Assembly: GCA_051294905.1 (NCBI GenBank)
Contig: CM119384.1
Coordinates: 9,920,001 to 9,984,000, forward strand
Length of the DNA stretch: 64,000 bases
Reading direction: 5' to 3'
From: Botryllus schlosseri
Lineage: Eukaryota
Shown: one piece after another, positions 27,501 to 38,000 of the stretch
Layout: each line of letters opens with the position of its first letter
How positions within the stretch are numbered: the first letter of the stretch is position 1
Made by a program: the position numbers and the translations under genes
The notes under the pieces: model-generated
The model's database searches: none
The model's input: only the letters and a program-made list of their open reading frames with translations
Told to the model about the DNA's origin: nothing

Positions 27501-30500
27501 TGTAGAAAACTGTAATCTTACTTAAAACAAGAAATGCATTTATTGCGTACCATTTGAAATAACTCCGCGTATCCCTAATGGTACGCGAACTAAGGGTAGA
27601 TAACCACTATGTCCTAAAGCAAGTATAGCCTACCACTTCATACACAATAACGAAATCAGGCTAACACTAACGGCCTCGTTCATTGTTTGCCTACATGGCA
27701 TCGTGACCTTCCTCAGTAAGGGTTGGCGACCGCTGTTCCATACCCAACGTACGTTGGACGCAGGTTGGTCTTGAAATCCTGGCGAGTCTTCTTGGTGTAT
27801 AGTGTAGGCCTACGTCTCAACTAATACACTTCTAGTCTGGAACCTACCTACCAAATACGCACGCTCCACGGTACAACCCTCGTGTATCTAAGTATAATGA
27901 ATACGGCAGTCATATTGCTGTCAAGAAAATGTACATTGTACAAATTCAACAATAGTCCCTAGTCAATCATTTTCTTCATCTACTCACTAGCCATGATTGC
28001 AATAAACGAGACTACGCAGGTAGAAGACTACAAACGCTCGCACCGATAGCCGTAATATAATCAACTCTCGCGTTCCTTGGGGGAAGAAAGCACCCACGTA
28101 ATTAAAAGAATCTGATGCGGAGAGTAGGCATTCCGAGAAATATCTGTCACCGGAGAGGACCGTAAGATTCAAAGACATGTTATCGTGAATTATGCCTCCA
28201 TAATAATATGCTCATTGATACAGCGAAAGAATCGCCTATATTCCACGGCTCTTTGTCATGACGTATTGAAGCCCTATAGTGATTGCAAGCTGCCGCAATT
28301 GCAAAAATTAAAGCGAATGCCAGTGTCACAATGAACGCATAAATTTAAACCAATTTTGTGTAAAAATCCGCCTTATAACAATCCGTATCGTGCGACCATA
28401 CTTGCTGGGAAGGCCACGATTCAAATGACTTCTATGTCGCTGTTGTATACGAACAGTATCTGGTTCCGACTGTAAACCCCTTGACGATGTGGAAATTGGC
28501 ATGATGAGTAATTTACACAGGTAATTTACATATTTTGTAGCGAAAAGATGGTTTGCATTTTAGTGCAGATCACAATCACGGATTAATCTGTAGTGATTCA
28601 TGAGTCAACAAGGCCGTCGATTGCATGGTTGCTACTAGTGAGTGAATTCGCAAAAGGACGCCATGTATGCAGGAAAATAATCGGGAACATGAAAGATAGC
28701 AATTCTGAACAGTCGAAAAATTATTATGGGCGACAACACTGACCCTCGCTAAGCCCCATGCCCCATTGTTTTGTAGCAGCTAAAAATATCGATATAATGT
28801 CGCGATAACTGAACAAAATTTAATTTTTAAATAACTTTTCAAAGTCAAATTATTGCATGTCACAGTTAGGCTACATGTACTAATTCACTGAGTATCAACT
28901 GAGAGAACGTCACGTGATCAGAAAATGTAGAATGCACATCTTTAAAGAAATTTTGCCAACTTTAAAGGTTCAACCAGAATTGACAAAATTTTCACAATTA
29001 ATATCAAGGCTATTGGGACGCTCAGAGTACCCACATCCACACATGCGCCAAGAGCTTTATATGAAAGCTATATGAAACCCGAAGCTTCGGCGACGAAAAA
29101 TGACACACATACCAAGAATATTAAAATACACTGGGCAACAATTTTGAACGAAAAATTTGTTGACTTTAATTTTGCACTAGATTTAGACTAAATTTGGTGT
29201 GCTAATTCCAAAAATGCCGTTGGTTTTCTTCCATCACGTCAAGTTTTTGCTCCATGCCATATGCCCAAAATATGCACATTTTCACGAATTTAACCATATT
29301 ACTTTTGGATACCATATAAAAATCCACACTTTTACCACATAATAAGTTATTTAGCCAAGGACTCAATTGAATTATCAAGAAAAAGGGTCCTGGTATCGAC
29401 CTAGGCCAATGCTTTCAACCAATTTTGGTTAGAGGATGCAATCATCCGATGATATTCCACACACATATTTGATACAAACTGCAGGATATAGCAAGAAAAA
29501 TTTATATTACATTTACTATCAGCTATAGGTCCAATGCCCCACTGACCCATTCAGCTTATCCAGTGTAACTTGAAACTCCTATGCGCTTGATAATTTGGAT
29601 AAAGATGAAGATCTTATGGGTAGTAGGCTGATGATGAAGATTTTGAAATCGAAGATGATTTAGAACGTATAGAGTAGTTCGTCAACACAAGTTATTGATC
29701 TGACATAAGCTTTGGGACGTGGAATAGAAATCTTCGGAACCTTTAACATCCTTACGAAGTGAGAAAAGATTACTTGGCAAGGTATAGAAAGTATCTCACT
29801 TCCAATCAGGAGCACAGCATTTTCTTCGTAGGCTTACTTTCGGTAGCTTTGTGTATTGCCGTGATATTTTCATTGCCGTGATACTGTTACCTTGGATTAC
29901 TGGAGGAGTTAGGAATCCCGATTTACAACTCAAGTGACTGGCAGATGCCTATAGGTAGCTCAACAAGAATCCTAAAGTGTGGCATTCTCCAAAATACCAA
30001 CGTCTTAGGAGCGGTAACAATTGCACACTCAGTTAGTCTTCGTGAATTATACAAAACATTAAGAATAATACAGAAACGTTGAATTGATGCAATATCAAGA
30101 GCACGATTGGATCACATATGTCAGCTTTGAAATATTGTATTTTCTTAGTGGTCAGACAACAAGGAGTCACTGTAACCCTGATACACATGTGTCACGGCCA
30201 TATGATTATGTCGGACAGCAGACATTAAAAAAAGCTAAAATATCTAAATAATTTCCCTGAAAACCTTGACATATAGTCAGAGATGGGTACGGAGAATATG
30301 TCCCCGAACATCTGAAGATGGTGGGAGTAAGGTCCCAGAGTAAATTGGAACTTACATATGTTAGCTGACTATTGCTCCAGTATCAAACTAGACAACCAAT
30401 AGAATTGGTTATTAGCGTAAATTTGGACCTTGGAACTCGCACTACATTTGTCCTGCAGAAGCAATATCAGTTTAAATCAACCAAACAAAGCAGTGCAAAT

Positions 30501-31285
30501 GTTTATTTGAAGGGTATTGATTTACTTTCGACAACTTGTGGTTTTTGAAATGATTTATACAATAAACCCAAAATATCAAAAGTATAGTGCTATTATGTGG
30601 TTATGAGACAATGTGGTTGGTGCCTAACCCAAAAACTTGACGTGATCGAGAAAAACGGAAGCCATTTTTTAATTCAGCGCCCAAAAGTTAGTCAGAATCA
30701 ATTGTCTGATCAAAGTCAACAAAAATTGTGTTGACCAGTGATAATTCATCACTTTATCAACATATATTGATTTTGAAGTGTTACTGTAATAATCAGAAGG
30801 CCACCAACCCATCATATTGATAATATCATTCTCTTTGCCATTCTCCCCTTTTTACTCCAAGAAGAAGATCACAACTACCGTATTTTAAACTCCTCACCAA
30901 TTAATTAAAGATTTCTGTTCGATCTTATCCTTGAAAATCTTACCCGCTGCTCTAATTCTGAATAATTGTACAGCATGTACCGTTGTTGTTGTTCAGATCG
31001 AATTTCCATTATATTATAGTCTAAATATGCAGCCACAACCACAACCCGAAATACGAACTCAGAAGCAATTTCTGTCAGCAAGTCACCCAGCATGTTGCAG
31101 TCAACACTTTGCGTGTGAAAATGAAGCGAATTCTCCACATTAACTCATTAGGCGCGCAAGTTTTAGTTAAAGCGGAAACACCGGAAACACCTTACCTCCA
31201 TCGCGGAATTTGAAGCAGCAAATAAATGGCTGTTGGACTCGTTGGAAGCCTGGCGCGGAAGCTGCATGTTACCCGGACTTCTCAT
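437..31285 (-). CDS. TRPC: TRPC-like transient receptor potential channel, spliced, 3' end outside window
   Basis: Exons 31196-31285, 26665-26848, 25992-26172, 25090-25205, 23727-23933, 21089-21287, 18167-18304, 15185-15332, 10850-10996, 6837-6956, 4352-4546, 1804-1881, 1637-1742, 437-579 join in phase (2052 nt, no stop). Order ankyrin repeats, linker helices, AIKY..FV, pre-S1, S1-S4, GPLQ matches TRPC channels. The three most 5' exons rest on splice signals and phase only. Confidence 0.85.
780..1169. mobile_element. hAT MITE, TAGGGTTGCA family
   Basis: Terminal inverted repeats (TIRs) TAGGGTTGCA/TGCAACCCTA; perfect 8-bp target-site duplication (TSD) GTGATGAG. Confidence 0.9.
1637..1742 (-). 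CDS. TRPC: TRPC-like exon: S3
   Basis: tttcag|...G|gtatgc; GLREYLSDIWNHNDMATITLFTGYMLLRII. Confidence 0.9.
1804..1881 (-). CDS. TRPC: TRPC-like exon: S2
   Basis: ttccag|...CAG|gtgagc; IPPLLIVGYFWVVGKFAQEIREVMHQ. Confidence 0.88.
2139..3391 (+). mobile_element. AGTAC-rich MITE (CAGAGGTGGTCA family), left end missing
   Basis: Colinear with 4877-6142; ends TGACCATCTCTG. Confidence 0.75.
3443..3590 (+). mobile_element. tRNA-derived SINE fragment
   Basis: B-box-like GGTTCAATACC followed by SINE-type core (gcttcccctcttggtgctcagca). Confidence 0.5.
4352..4546 (-). CDS. TRPC: TRPC-like exon: pre-S1 and S1
   Basis: Pyrimidine tract ccctgctcctcttccag; AFLGFMFPLLSIFFIAAPESKLGRLMRNPTVKF; donor AAT|gtcagt less certain. 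Confidence 0.85.
4877..6142 (+). mobile_element. AGTAC-rich MITE, full length
   Basis: TIRs CAGAGGTGGTCA/TGACCACCTCTG; subterminal aagtag/ctactt microrepeats; no TSD seen. Confidence 0.8.
6837..6956 (-). CDS. TRPC: TRPC-like exon: linker domain
   Basis: tttgcag|...CAG|gtaaga; AIKYKMKDFVTSDNSQLAL resembles TRPC AIKYxQKxFVAxPNCQ. Confidence 0.88.
9056..9315 (+). repeat. Tandem repeat, about 35-bp unit, about 7 diverged copies
   Basis: Recurring tttactgtggtt(t/c)c..tgctt.tttc with 35-nt period. Confidence 0.85.
9368..9489. mobile_element. GACTCGAGTC-rich MITE
   Basis: AGTGTTG/CAACACT ends; repeated gactcgagtc and caagtca; related copy at 20745-20897. Confidence 0.6.
10040..10282 (+). repeat. 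Subterminal array of 42-bp palindromic units
   Basis: Five copies of cagacgccaaacgccgtatagctactcggcgtct plus 8 variable nt; mirrored at 8806-8948. Confidence 0.9.
10850..10996 (-). CDS. TRPC: TRPC-like exon: linker with acidic insertion, GC donor
   Basis: ttccag|GAG GTA; EVRSASELADLMRYDLDDDPDEDDD...LKPIEK|gcaaga. Confidence 0.85.
11123..12529 (+). mobile_element. Buster/Charlie-type hAT deletion derivative
   Basis: TIRs CAGTGGTTCCC/GGGAACCACTG; perfect TSD GTATAATG; transposase remnant inside. Confidence 0.9.
11268..11507 (+). pseudogene. hAT transposase C-terminal dimerisation-domain remnant
   Basis: FWLSMASSYSTLASRAIPHLLIFPST*ECEQGFS...KRMPRIDQLVENKQMQPSH*; in-frame TAA at 11346. Confidence 0.85.
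12700..12890 (-). mobile_element. Degenerate Penelope-like 3' terminal repeat
   Basis: Similar to 49215-49410 (taatcgtcagcaactagtag; gagagcgtt); hammerhead core mutated. Confidence 0.6.
13527..13749 (-). repeat. 3' LTR
   Basis: Direct repeat of 14650-14872; AATAAA on minus strand near its end. Confidence 0.95.
13750..13761 (-). other. Polypurine tract
   Basis: AGAGGAGGGTGA directly before the 3' LTR. Confidence 0.8.
13877..14626 (-). CDS. 249-aa orphan ORF of the mini LTR element (coiled-coil N-terminus, acidic centre)
   Basis: Uninterrupted frame starting at ATG just after the PBS; no recognisable RT, integrase or CCHC motif. Confidence 0.7.
   Translation of the reverse strand: MENSSQSINSRVWLVGEVRRLEREIEAQQLVMLEAEIDCLQRRFEDMESTWISRIDGTSANCVKAIEEIVERKFQTSEDRMISVLKAILQGDDADSEIVMGVEGSGASIGEGVGIGKVSSSGVPVLVSCSDTTSSVALPETCSVATDVSLGDDPVLEYEVEVSTEDSDFIVQLPCKRCDEEQSECGYRSKPNNREKIPNDTGFIAAIAGSLLELNSNGYVSPVSDLPNWLKSYIYYGEFGNRRVNDSMD
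14631..14648 (-). other. Primer-binding site, probably tRNA-Arg
   Basis: TGGCGAGCACGCCTGGAG 1 nt after the 5' LTR; 15/18 to the recalled Arg(ACG) complement TGGCGAGCCAGCCAGGAG. Confidence 0.75.
14650..14872 (-). repeat. 5' LTR
   Basis: Direct repeat of 13527-13749. Confidence 0.95.
15185..15332 (-). CDS. TRPC: TRPC-like exon: linker helices
   Basis: tttcag|...CAG|gtgagc; WDPLNRAMDLFGELQMLAKREREVDEAYLSMADQCETFALQLLQ. Confidence 0.9.
15443..15863. mobile_element. hAT MITE, TAGGGTTGCA family
   Basis: TIRs intact; perfect TSD GTTATGAC; colinear with 780-1169. Confidence 0.9.
16705..17166. mobile_element. MITE with long imperfect TIRs (CCGGCTTGCCGA family)
   Basis: ggccggcttgccga...tcggcaagccggtc; related copy 40737-41209. 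Confidence 0.7.
18167..18304 (-). CDS. TRPC: TRPC-like exon: TRP_2-region equivalent
   Basis: gttcag|...AA|gtgcgt; ARLLNFRARSSPAFMLL resembles SRLNxYKALASPSLIAL. Confidence 0.85.
18759..19060. mobile_element. Buster/Charlie-type hAT MITE with tcgcccc repeats
   Basis: CAGCGGTTCCCAAC/GTTGGGAACCACTG; perfect TSD GTTTAAAA. Confidence 0.9.
19906..20309. mobile_element. Buster/Charlie-type hAT MITE, expanded tcgcccc array
   Basis: Same family as 18759-19060; TSD TTATAACT/TTATAATA imperfect. Confidence 0.85.
20745..20897. mobile_element. GACTCGAGTC-rich MITE fragment
   Basis: Shares caagtcatttt.gcaaagtgact.gagtcaagtca with 9368-9489. Confidence 0.55.
21089..21287 (-). CDS. TRPC: TRPC-like exon: ankyrin repeats
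   Basis: tttcag|...AA|gtgagt; DALFYAVECEFYEAIEMLL, GLTPFMLSANKNNYKILSML. Confidence 0.92.
22710..23170. mobile_element. Partial long-form TAGGGTTGCA MITE
   Basis: Ends AAATGCAACCCTA; internal (CAT)n block shared with 37448-38000 and 62900-63463. Confidence 0.65.
23727..23933 (-). CDS. TRPC: TRPC-like exon: first ankyrin repeats
   Basis: acag|...G|gtaagt; FLRYSAEGNLDELRNIF..VNCVDSLDRTALSLALLNRHLDVVRFLL. Confidence 0.92.
25090..25205 (-). CDS. TRPC: TRPC-like N-terminal exon (contains possible start ATG at 25204)
   Basis: ttttcag|A ATG CGG...GAG G|gtgagt; phase 1 fits the next exon. Confidence 0.75.
25992..26172 (-). CDS. Putative TRPC-like N-terminal exon with GC donor
   Basis: Open frame LSERDQPKSG...SQDNRY; AG|gcgagt; phases fit both neighbours; no homology support. 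Confidence 0.55.
26665..26848 (-). CDS. Putative TRPC-like N-terminal exon
   Basis: cttctag|TCG...GAT G|gtaagc; open frame SPSFTRLPTF...HESASD; phases fit. Confidence 0.55.
29129..30740 (+). mobile_element. Chapaev3-like (CMC superfamily) DNA transposon relic
   Basis: TIRs CACTGGGCAACA/TGTTGACCAGTG; 3-bp TSD ATA; transposase remnants. Confidence 0.8.
30011..30393 (+). pseudogene. Decayed Chapaev3 transposase fragments
   Basis: IAHSVSLRELY, QYQEHDWI..FLSGQ, NNFPENL, WNLHMLADYC with stops and frameshifts; match recalled Chapaev3 motifs (FFPENLG, MLADYCW). Confidence 0.75.
31196..31285 (-). CDS. Putative first coding exon of the TRPC-like gene (frame open up to 31411)
   Basis: Strong donor GAG|gtaagg in phase 0; start ATG uncertain (31285 or 31411). 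Confidence 0.45.
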
Positions 31286-32221
31286 CGAATCACGGGAAAA
31301 TAGTGACCGAACTTTAGAAAATTTCTGACGGCTCACGTTTCCGAGAGTTTGAATGTTTAGGAGACCACGGAATATATCAATAACGATGAGGTGATAATTC
31401 AGTTCCATCACAGTAGAGAATCGGATGAAAAAATCTCGAGTTCAACACTTTTTCAATTACATCACACGGACTAACATTTATATACATCCATATATTTACA
31501 ATGTGCCAGAACGTTGTTTGCGAGAGAATAAGTTTAGTTCAAAAGAAGGCAAGCATTTGAGCAAGTAATCCTGTACAGTGTAAAGGTACACTAGTGATCC
31601 ATTCAGCTGTTGCCTGAAATCACATGGCGTAGGGACCTACCAAGTTATATTGATTCAATCTGTGATCGTATCGAATTTGGACAGCAGCAATATAATGTGA
31701 AAGGATACTATAAAACACCTCAGCCCTTACCGCCTCTTGGAACAATCACAATGAGTATGAGTATTCATTATTCTCGACATTTTCCCCCTTGTGTGAACGG
31801 AAGGCTCGCGTTCTGTCAACGCACTAAACGTGCATGCACCTTGCCCTTTTGAAAAATTTAATTTGCTCCGATAGAAATGTTTGCTTGAAATATGCAGTGT
31901 TCCGCTTGTGAATAGTGGCTCTATGCTGTGGTCCTCAAATAATTTATTATTTATTCATGATTGTCATCAACGAATTTGATATAAAGAATGCATCGTTGTC
32001 TGATGTAAGAACATAGCAGGCGTACGGGATCTATCTTGATTGGTTTATTGTCTCCTGGAAACCAAATCCGTTCGTTCGGGGTGTTAGCTACTATGCAACT
32101 TAATTTTGAGGTATTATCTGAAGCAAGTTTCGCTCTGATCAATATCAATGTAGCAACAATAGGACTCCTTCAGAATACATTGTCCGGTCCAGCCTAGACC
32201 GTTAAGGCGTAAGGTTATGTT

Positions 32222-34433
32222 CAGAGGTGGTCAAAGTAGTCAGGAAAGCTACTCAAGTAGAAGTAGAAGTAGCGACGAAAAAAATCTACTCAAGTACAAG
32301 TAGAAGTACTTCTTCCATGAGCAACCTAAAACCACTTGAAGTAGAAGTAGAATTGACTGACTTTGAAAGTACTCAAGTAAGTAAGTAGCTGTGAAAACGA
32401 TCCTAATTCGTTCACATGGATTGTAAAAAGGTGCAAATTGCGCTATGCGATAGGCGACGTGCTTGATTCATGTTGATGCATACCAGCAGGTATCCAATTT
32501 TCAATAGCATTTAAGCATTCGTCCAAATCATGGGATGAAAATGATAGTATTGATAAGGAAATGCGATGCTAATCCTCTGTTTTCTCGAACAGCACGTTTT
32601 AGAAAATAGCATGGTATGGCGCCATCCCCCATATTATAAGGCCCGTAGTTTAGTCGAAGATCAATACAGAGAAGTAGTATGGGATACGGTGTAAACCAGT
32701 GGTCGGAAACCTATGGCTCGCGAGTCATATATGGCTCTTTTGGGTGTAAAATATGGCTCTTTGGGAAATTTTTAATTTTGTGCCTAATTTATCAATATTG
32801 CAGCAACTTGTTAGTAACTTTTCATGACGGCCAGGATAATTATTCTCGTGGCAGCATAAACATGTCTTTGAGAGGTCAAGAGAGTGAGATATCCACTATC
32901 CAGGGTCAGGGGCTCGTACCGCCCTTTTCAAAATCCCCAAATTGAAGTTACTGTCGCGCCTGCGACCAACTACACTTGAGAATTCGATCAGTCCGCCATC
33001 GCGCGCCTCGCAATTTAGGATTGCACGATATCTCGATTGATCAAAGAGAATAGCAGATATGGCCACGCCTGTAGGAGTAGGACAACGCAGTTTTCTAATA
33101 TACATTTACATTGTCTTCCTGATCTACGCCGAGCAATAAACTGCCTTAGAAGTAACATTCACAATTACAAATTCAAATGAAAAACAACGCAATAGCTATT
33201 TATAAGTAGCTTTCTGGCACTGCTGTAAAAATGTAGGTGTGTAGTGCAGCGTTACTACTTAGATTTTTGGAATCAGCGCGACAATTACATTTAATTATTT
33301 TATCAGTGATTATAAATTCCAAGCTATTTCCGATGCGTTGCGCTATCACAGTAGAGGGCTTGGCCCTCCTGCGCCTCATCTGTGCCTTACCTCTCCTTTT
33401 GCGCTTTATATTCGAACAATAAATACGAATATTCCGTGATTATGGAAATAAAAATATTCAAAATCTAGTCATTCATAAACATCGATAAAAAATACTAATA
33501 TTCATTGAAGATTTCACAATTTTCCTTCACTCATCCCTGGCGACATCTAAGGTATTGCCTCACTTGCCGCCCTAACCCCACGTCACGTCACGGTGTAAAC
33601 ACTTTGCGCGATTAGTAAACGTTAATAAAAAATATGTTGGACCGTAAAAACCCCATATTGTGTAGCTTTATGTCCAGAAATTAAAGGCATTGCTACACTT
33701 GCTTTTATACTTCAACATGTATGTTATCCAGACAAAAGAACTGATATTAATTATAACTCAAAGTATATGACACTGGGAATTGAAAGTGAAATATAAATAC
33801 TACTTCTAAAAGCAGAATATGTATTTCATGTTTTTAATCCAGAAAGTTTCAAAGGTGGTATGCTATAACAGCCCAAGACTAAAAAAAGTCAGAGTCCACT
33901 TTTCCAGATTAGGACACGCCTGGACTGCTAGATTACGATATGACAAGTAAAAGCTAGATTGCGAAACATCAGTTTCAAACGTTATGATGAGCCATATATC
34001 CTGTGATGAATTATTTCATATGGGCGAAGGGCGACAATGTGGCGTGAACGGAACCACGTCAACCCTCTACCTAAATTATATTCACCGATACTTTCGTGAA
34101 ATCATACCGGTAACACCCTATCCACTGCGCGCGAAACGCGACAAAAATTCTGAGCTTTACTAAACTTTTATGAAAATTAAATGTTGATACTCCGTGAAAA
34201 CAGCCCCGAAATTCCTCAGGCTATCTTCCTGATTGGGAGATTGAACTACTTCTACTTGACAAACTGAAACTAGCGAAAATTAAGTAAGTAGATCACAAAA
34301 TATTACGAAGTAGAAGTAGAAACAGCGAAAATCAGATCTACTTGAGTAAGTACCAGAAGTAGAGGAAAACTACTTGAGTACTTCGAAAAAGTAGAAGTAC
34401 TTCATTACTGACCACATCTGCTGACCACCTCTG
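32222..34433 (-). mobile_element. AGTAC-rich MITE, inverted, expanded by nested insertions
   Basis: Both TIRs present; reverse complement of the 4877-6142 family; nested cagtggtcgg MITE end near 32697. Confidence 0.8.
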
Positions 34434-35420
34434 TAGTTTACTATAAACCAAGCGCATCGAGCCTATTATTCGGCTTCACGTCTAGGTACAAACCAAAGGA
34501 AAATATTCTCTGTGCATGTGCACTGTGCAGTGCAATCCATACGGGATCATGGCAGAGTATAGGCTACATCAACCTGGATTTGCTTTGGCTTGACCAGACC
34601 ATGCTGTGTCTCGCAAAGCGATGGCATTGTGATTGAAGCTGCGAATAAGACTAAAGTAATAATTTTACGAGTTCAATTGTAGATTATATTATCGAATAAA
34701 TCAGTGGTTCCCAAAGTAGGCGCCAGCGCCCCCATGGAGCGTTCAAGAGCGTGAAGTGGCGCTCGCAATGAAATGGGCGGTAGGGGACGATGTAGGTTTA
34801 GAAGGAAACTGCTGCATAGTTTTGAAACGATTGATGAATAGAGCAGCAAAATACGAAGAAACAATTAACAAATGCAAAATCGACTCAGTAAAATCAATTT
34901 CATGGTCGATCCAGGCGTCAGTCATCTGTACCAGAAAAGTTCATTGTTACTTGACAATGTTGATCCTACCCATGAATGGACTTATTCAGTAGTCGTCATA
35001 ATCACTAGAAAGCGTGGTTCCTTATGTGTTGTGAGAACTGCGAAGTATTTGAACACTTATAGCTGCACAGCATGACTTTCGGAAGCTGGCTCGCGCGAAT
35101 TCACTCTCCGTTTAAAACGATCGTCGAATATCCACACATTGCGAGAAACGATATCGCTTATACTTGCCGGACATATTCCCCAAATTTTACGAGTCGAATT
35201 TATTCGATGATAAATTCTGAGAAAGGTGAAACTGGCACTGTCCGGATTCAGTAATAAGCGCATGATATATCATAAAAATTTATTGAGACTTGAACTTTTT
35301 CAATTCTGAAGCTTCCCTGAGCTTGATACTGGTCCCGCTCTCAGATCAGATGTAAATAACAATCCTCCCGAAAACTGAACATGGATACGGTAATTTGGTT
35401 TCAGGATATATTCCGATTAG

Positions 35421-35747
35421 CAGTGGTTCTCAAACTTTTTTGGACACGCCCCCTATTATGATAACGAAAAATTCCGTAGCCACCTTATCGTGTTGATATG
35501 TTGATATCACAACATATTAAAGAGAGCAATCAGAATGCTAGCAATCCTAACGGATAGTTTGATGGCTGTTGATGAGAGAATTCTCAAATACGATATTCGG
35601 GCAATAGTTAGACCAATAATAACCATGAGCTGAAGGTAAATCGCGCCTCTCGCGAAAAAAGACATTTCAGTTAACTGCGGCTTCGCGTACCCCTTCAGAT
35701 GCTTTCACGCCCCCAAGAGGGGCGCGCCGCCAGTTTGAGAACCACTG
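35421..35747. mobile_element. hAT MITE (CAGTGGTTCTCAAAC TIRs)
   Basis: Matching TIRs; left part shared with 49411 onward; no TSD seen. Confidence 0.75.
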
Positions 35748-36301
35748 GATATAAATCCCCTATTTAATGAATTAATCCATTTTGTTTCCGAGCATGAAAG
35801 GAGTGAGGAGCTGATACAGTGTTGGACAATTTTTACTTCAGATCAAAGTTCAATATCTACTAGCTATCAATGGGTTTGGTTACACAACAAAATCAAATTG
35901 AAATACTCTCCCTGGAGTCAGGTTTATTTTCCCTCATTGCCTTCCTGTTCATATTTGATATAACTTGCTTTTAGAACCGTAAGACAAAGCTTCTGGCTCA
36001 GACCAGAAACCGACTTAACTTCGAGATTTTGTTCTTATTAAATCTGAAACCCGATATAAGAGGATGATGACAATACACCAGTTTCCTCCGTCTCATTATT
36101 ACAATTGTAATTCATGCAGAGCAACTTTGATTTTATCATTTAGGCGTGGTGAGGTGGATCGGGGGGCTGATAGTTTATTCGTTGTCCATACGGCGGTAGC
36201 TCGAAAAATTTTAGGAAACACTGGAATAAACGATCTTAGTGTTTGTGGATTACTTGCGGTTTTAATCCTATCTCTATTTCTGTGTAGCTCAACGATCCCA
36301 T

Positions 36302-36591
36302 ACCTCGTGGCGCAGTTGGTTAAACGCTGCAGTCTAAACATCGACGGTGGATGGTTCGAGCCTCGGCTCTGCCATGTTTCTATGTGTCGGAGATTTATCT
36401 GGGCTCCTCATCGCCCAGCGCATTGAAAAGCTCATACGAAGAGAGAGCCGAACTCTTGAAAGGAGGCAGCGAATGAGTCGGAAATAGACTCAAGTCAAGT
36501 GGACAAAAAGACATTATGAAATTTACTGTGCGGGCGCAAATAACCAAGTTGTTGAAAGCGCCAATTATATGTGTCAATTAAACAAACAAAC
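36302..36591 (+). mobile_element. tRNA-derived SINE with (AAAC)n tail
   Basis: A box TGGCGCAGTTGG, B box GGTTCGAGCC; head and tail shared with 54304-54685. Confidence 0.8.
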
Positions 36592-37447
36592 CCATGCTTT
36601 TGAGTCCATACCCTACTGGAGTGTAGTGCTGGCTCTGTTTACGTGTACTGGCTTTTACATCTGCTTGGTGTGATAAACGAAAATAGATCCCACCACAGAT
36701 CTGGGATATGTCTCCATATGAAATGGAGAATTTGGCTGAATTACGCCTAACGGAACGTGAAAGCAAAATTTTGTAAAGGAAAGAGCTGGTGACAATATTT
36801 ACATCGTACAGAAGAGTGGAAATCTATATATAATACGATATTAGCTGCGAGTGTACAGTATTCAATTAAAGATTCAGACAAATACACTTAATATCCACGA
36901 ATATGCCAGTTACCTAATGTGATAACCATAACATCACATGACCAGAAAATTCGCGAGAACTTCAAAATCAAACCCCTAGTTTTCTCGTTTCTGTTTTCAT
37001 ATTGCAACGAACATTCCCCAACAGAGCATGACGCGCTCGTTTTAGCAAACCTAATAATATATAGCATATAACCACGCGTATAAATTGATATTTGGAAAAT
37101 AGTGCAGTATATTTTTTGTCGCTCGATTGCGTATAATACCTTTGAATTGTAAACTCATTCTTAAAGACAGCTAAGCCATGATACCTTCGCTTTCTATTGT
37201 TGTGTTTAGCATATTATATACTCGCAGGAGCAAACCAGTAATCTCCAATCAACGTGCAAACAAACGCTAATGTTATGTTCTCGACATCGTGTGTTTTACA
37301 ATCCGAAATCCATTTCAAGAAATAGCTGAATTTGGTAGATACAAATGGGTCGAGCTGAACAGAGTTATATACCATTTACTATAATCCCATTCACAAATAT
37401 AAATCTGGAAGTTGCCGTAGAACCGGAGTTGAAAGATTACCTCCACC

Positions 37448-38000
37448 TAGGGTTGCATTTAAAGCAAAAATCAATTTAAAACAAACAAGTTTAAAACGAG
37501 GCCCTAGTTCAAAACATGTTTTTTTTTCAATTTATTTTTTGAATCACAAATATTCAATTGTGACTTCATAGTGTATTGACATACACAACTGAAAATATAG
37601 GGCAAATTACCTCCTTTGACGAAAAAGGCTCCCATTCCCTGTCACATACGGACCTAAAATATCTTTAACCATGACTATACATCGTCAAGTAGCATTTTTA
37701 CGGCCGGCGATCATCATCATCATTCATTCCGTACCAATGATCTATACGCACTATAGCTGTTGGACCGACTATATTTCGAGGGTTCCAACCATCCCATATT
37801 GTATACGTCTGAGATATCGTGTGGTAATCGTCCGTAGGCTCAAACAACATGTCTTTTGGAAAGTATTTACACAATTATGGCATAATTATACCACTTAAAA
37901 ACATATTTTGTTTTTTGAAAAATCCTCTGTTTAAAACACTGTCTAAAACATATTTTAAACGAAGTGTTTTAAACAACCATTTGTTTTAAATGCAACCCTA
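37448..38000. mobile_element. Long-form TAGGGTTGCA hAT MITE, inverted
   Basis: Both TIRs; TSD CCTCCACC/CCTCCGCG imperfect. Confidence 0.85.

Noticed and set aside
36302-36375. tRNA gene
   Set aside because: A and B boxes are present but there is no acceptor stem; continues into a SINE body and AAAC tail
36590-36770. Hydrophobic frame FESIPYWSVVLALFTCTGFYICLV
   Set aside because: Several stops, no splice signals, no confident family match
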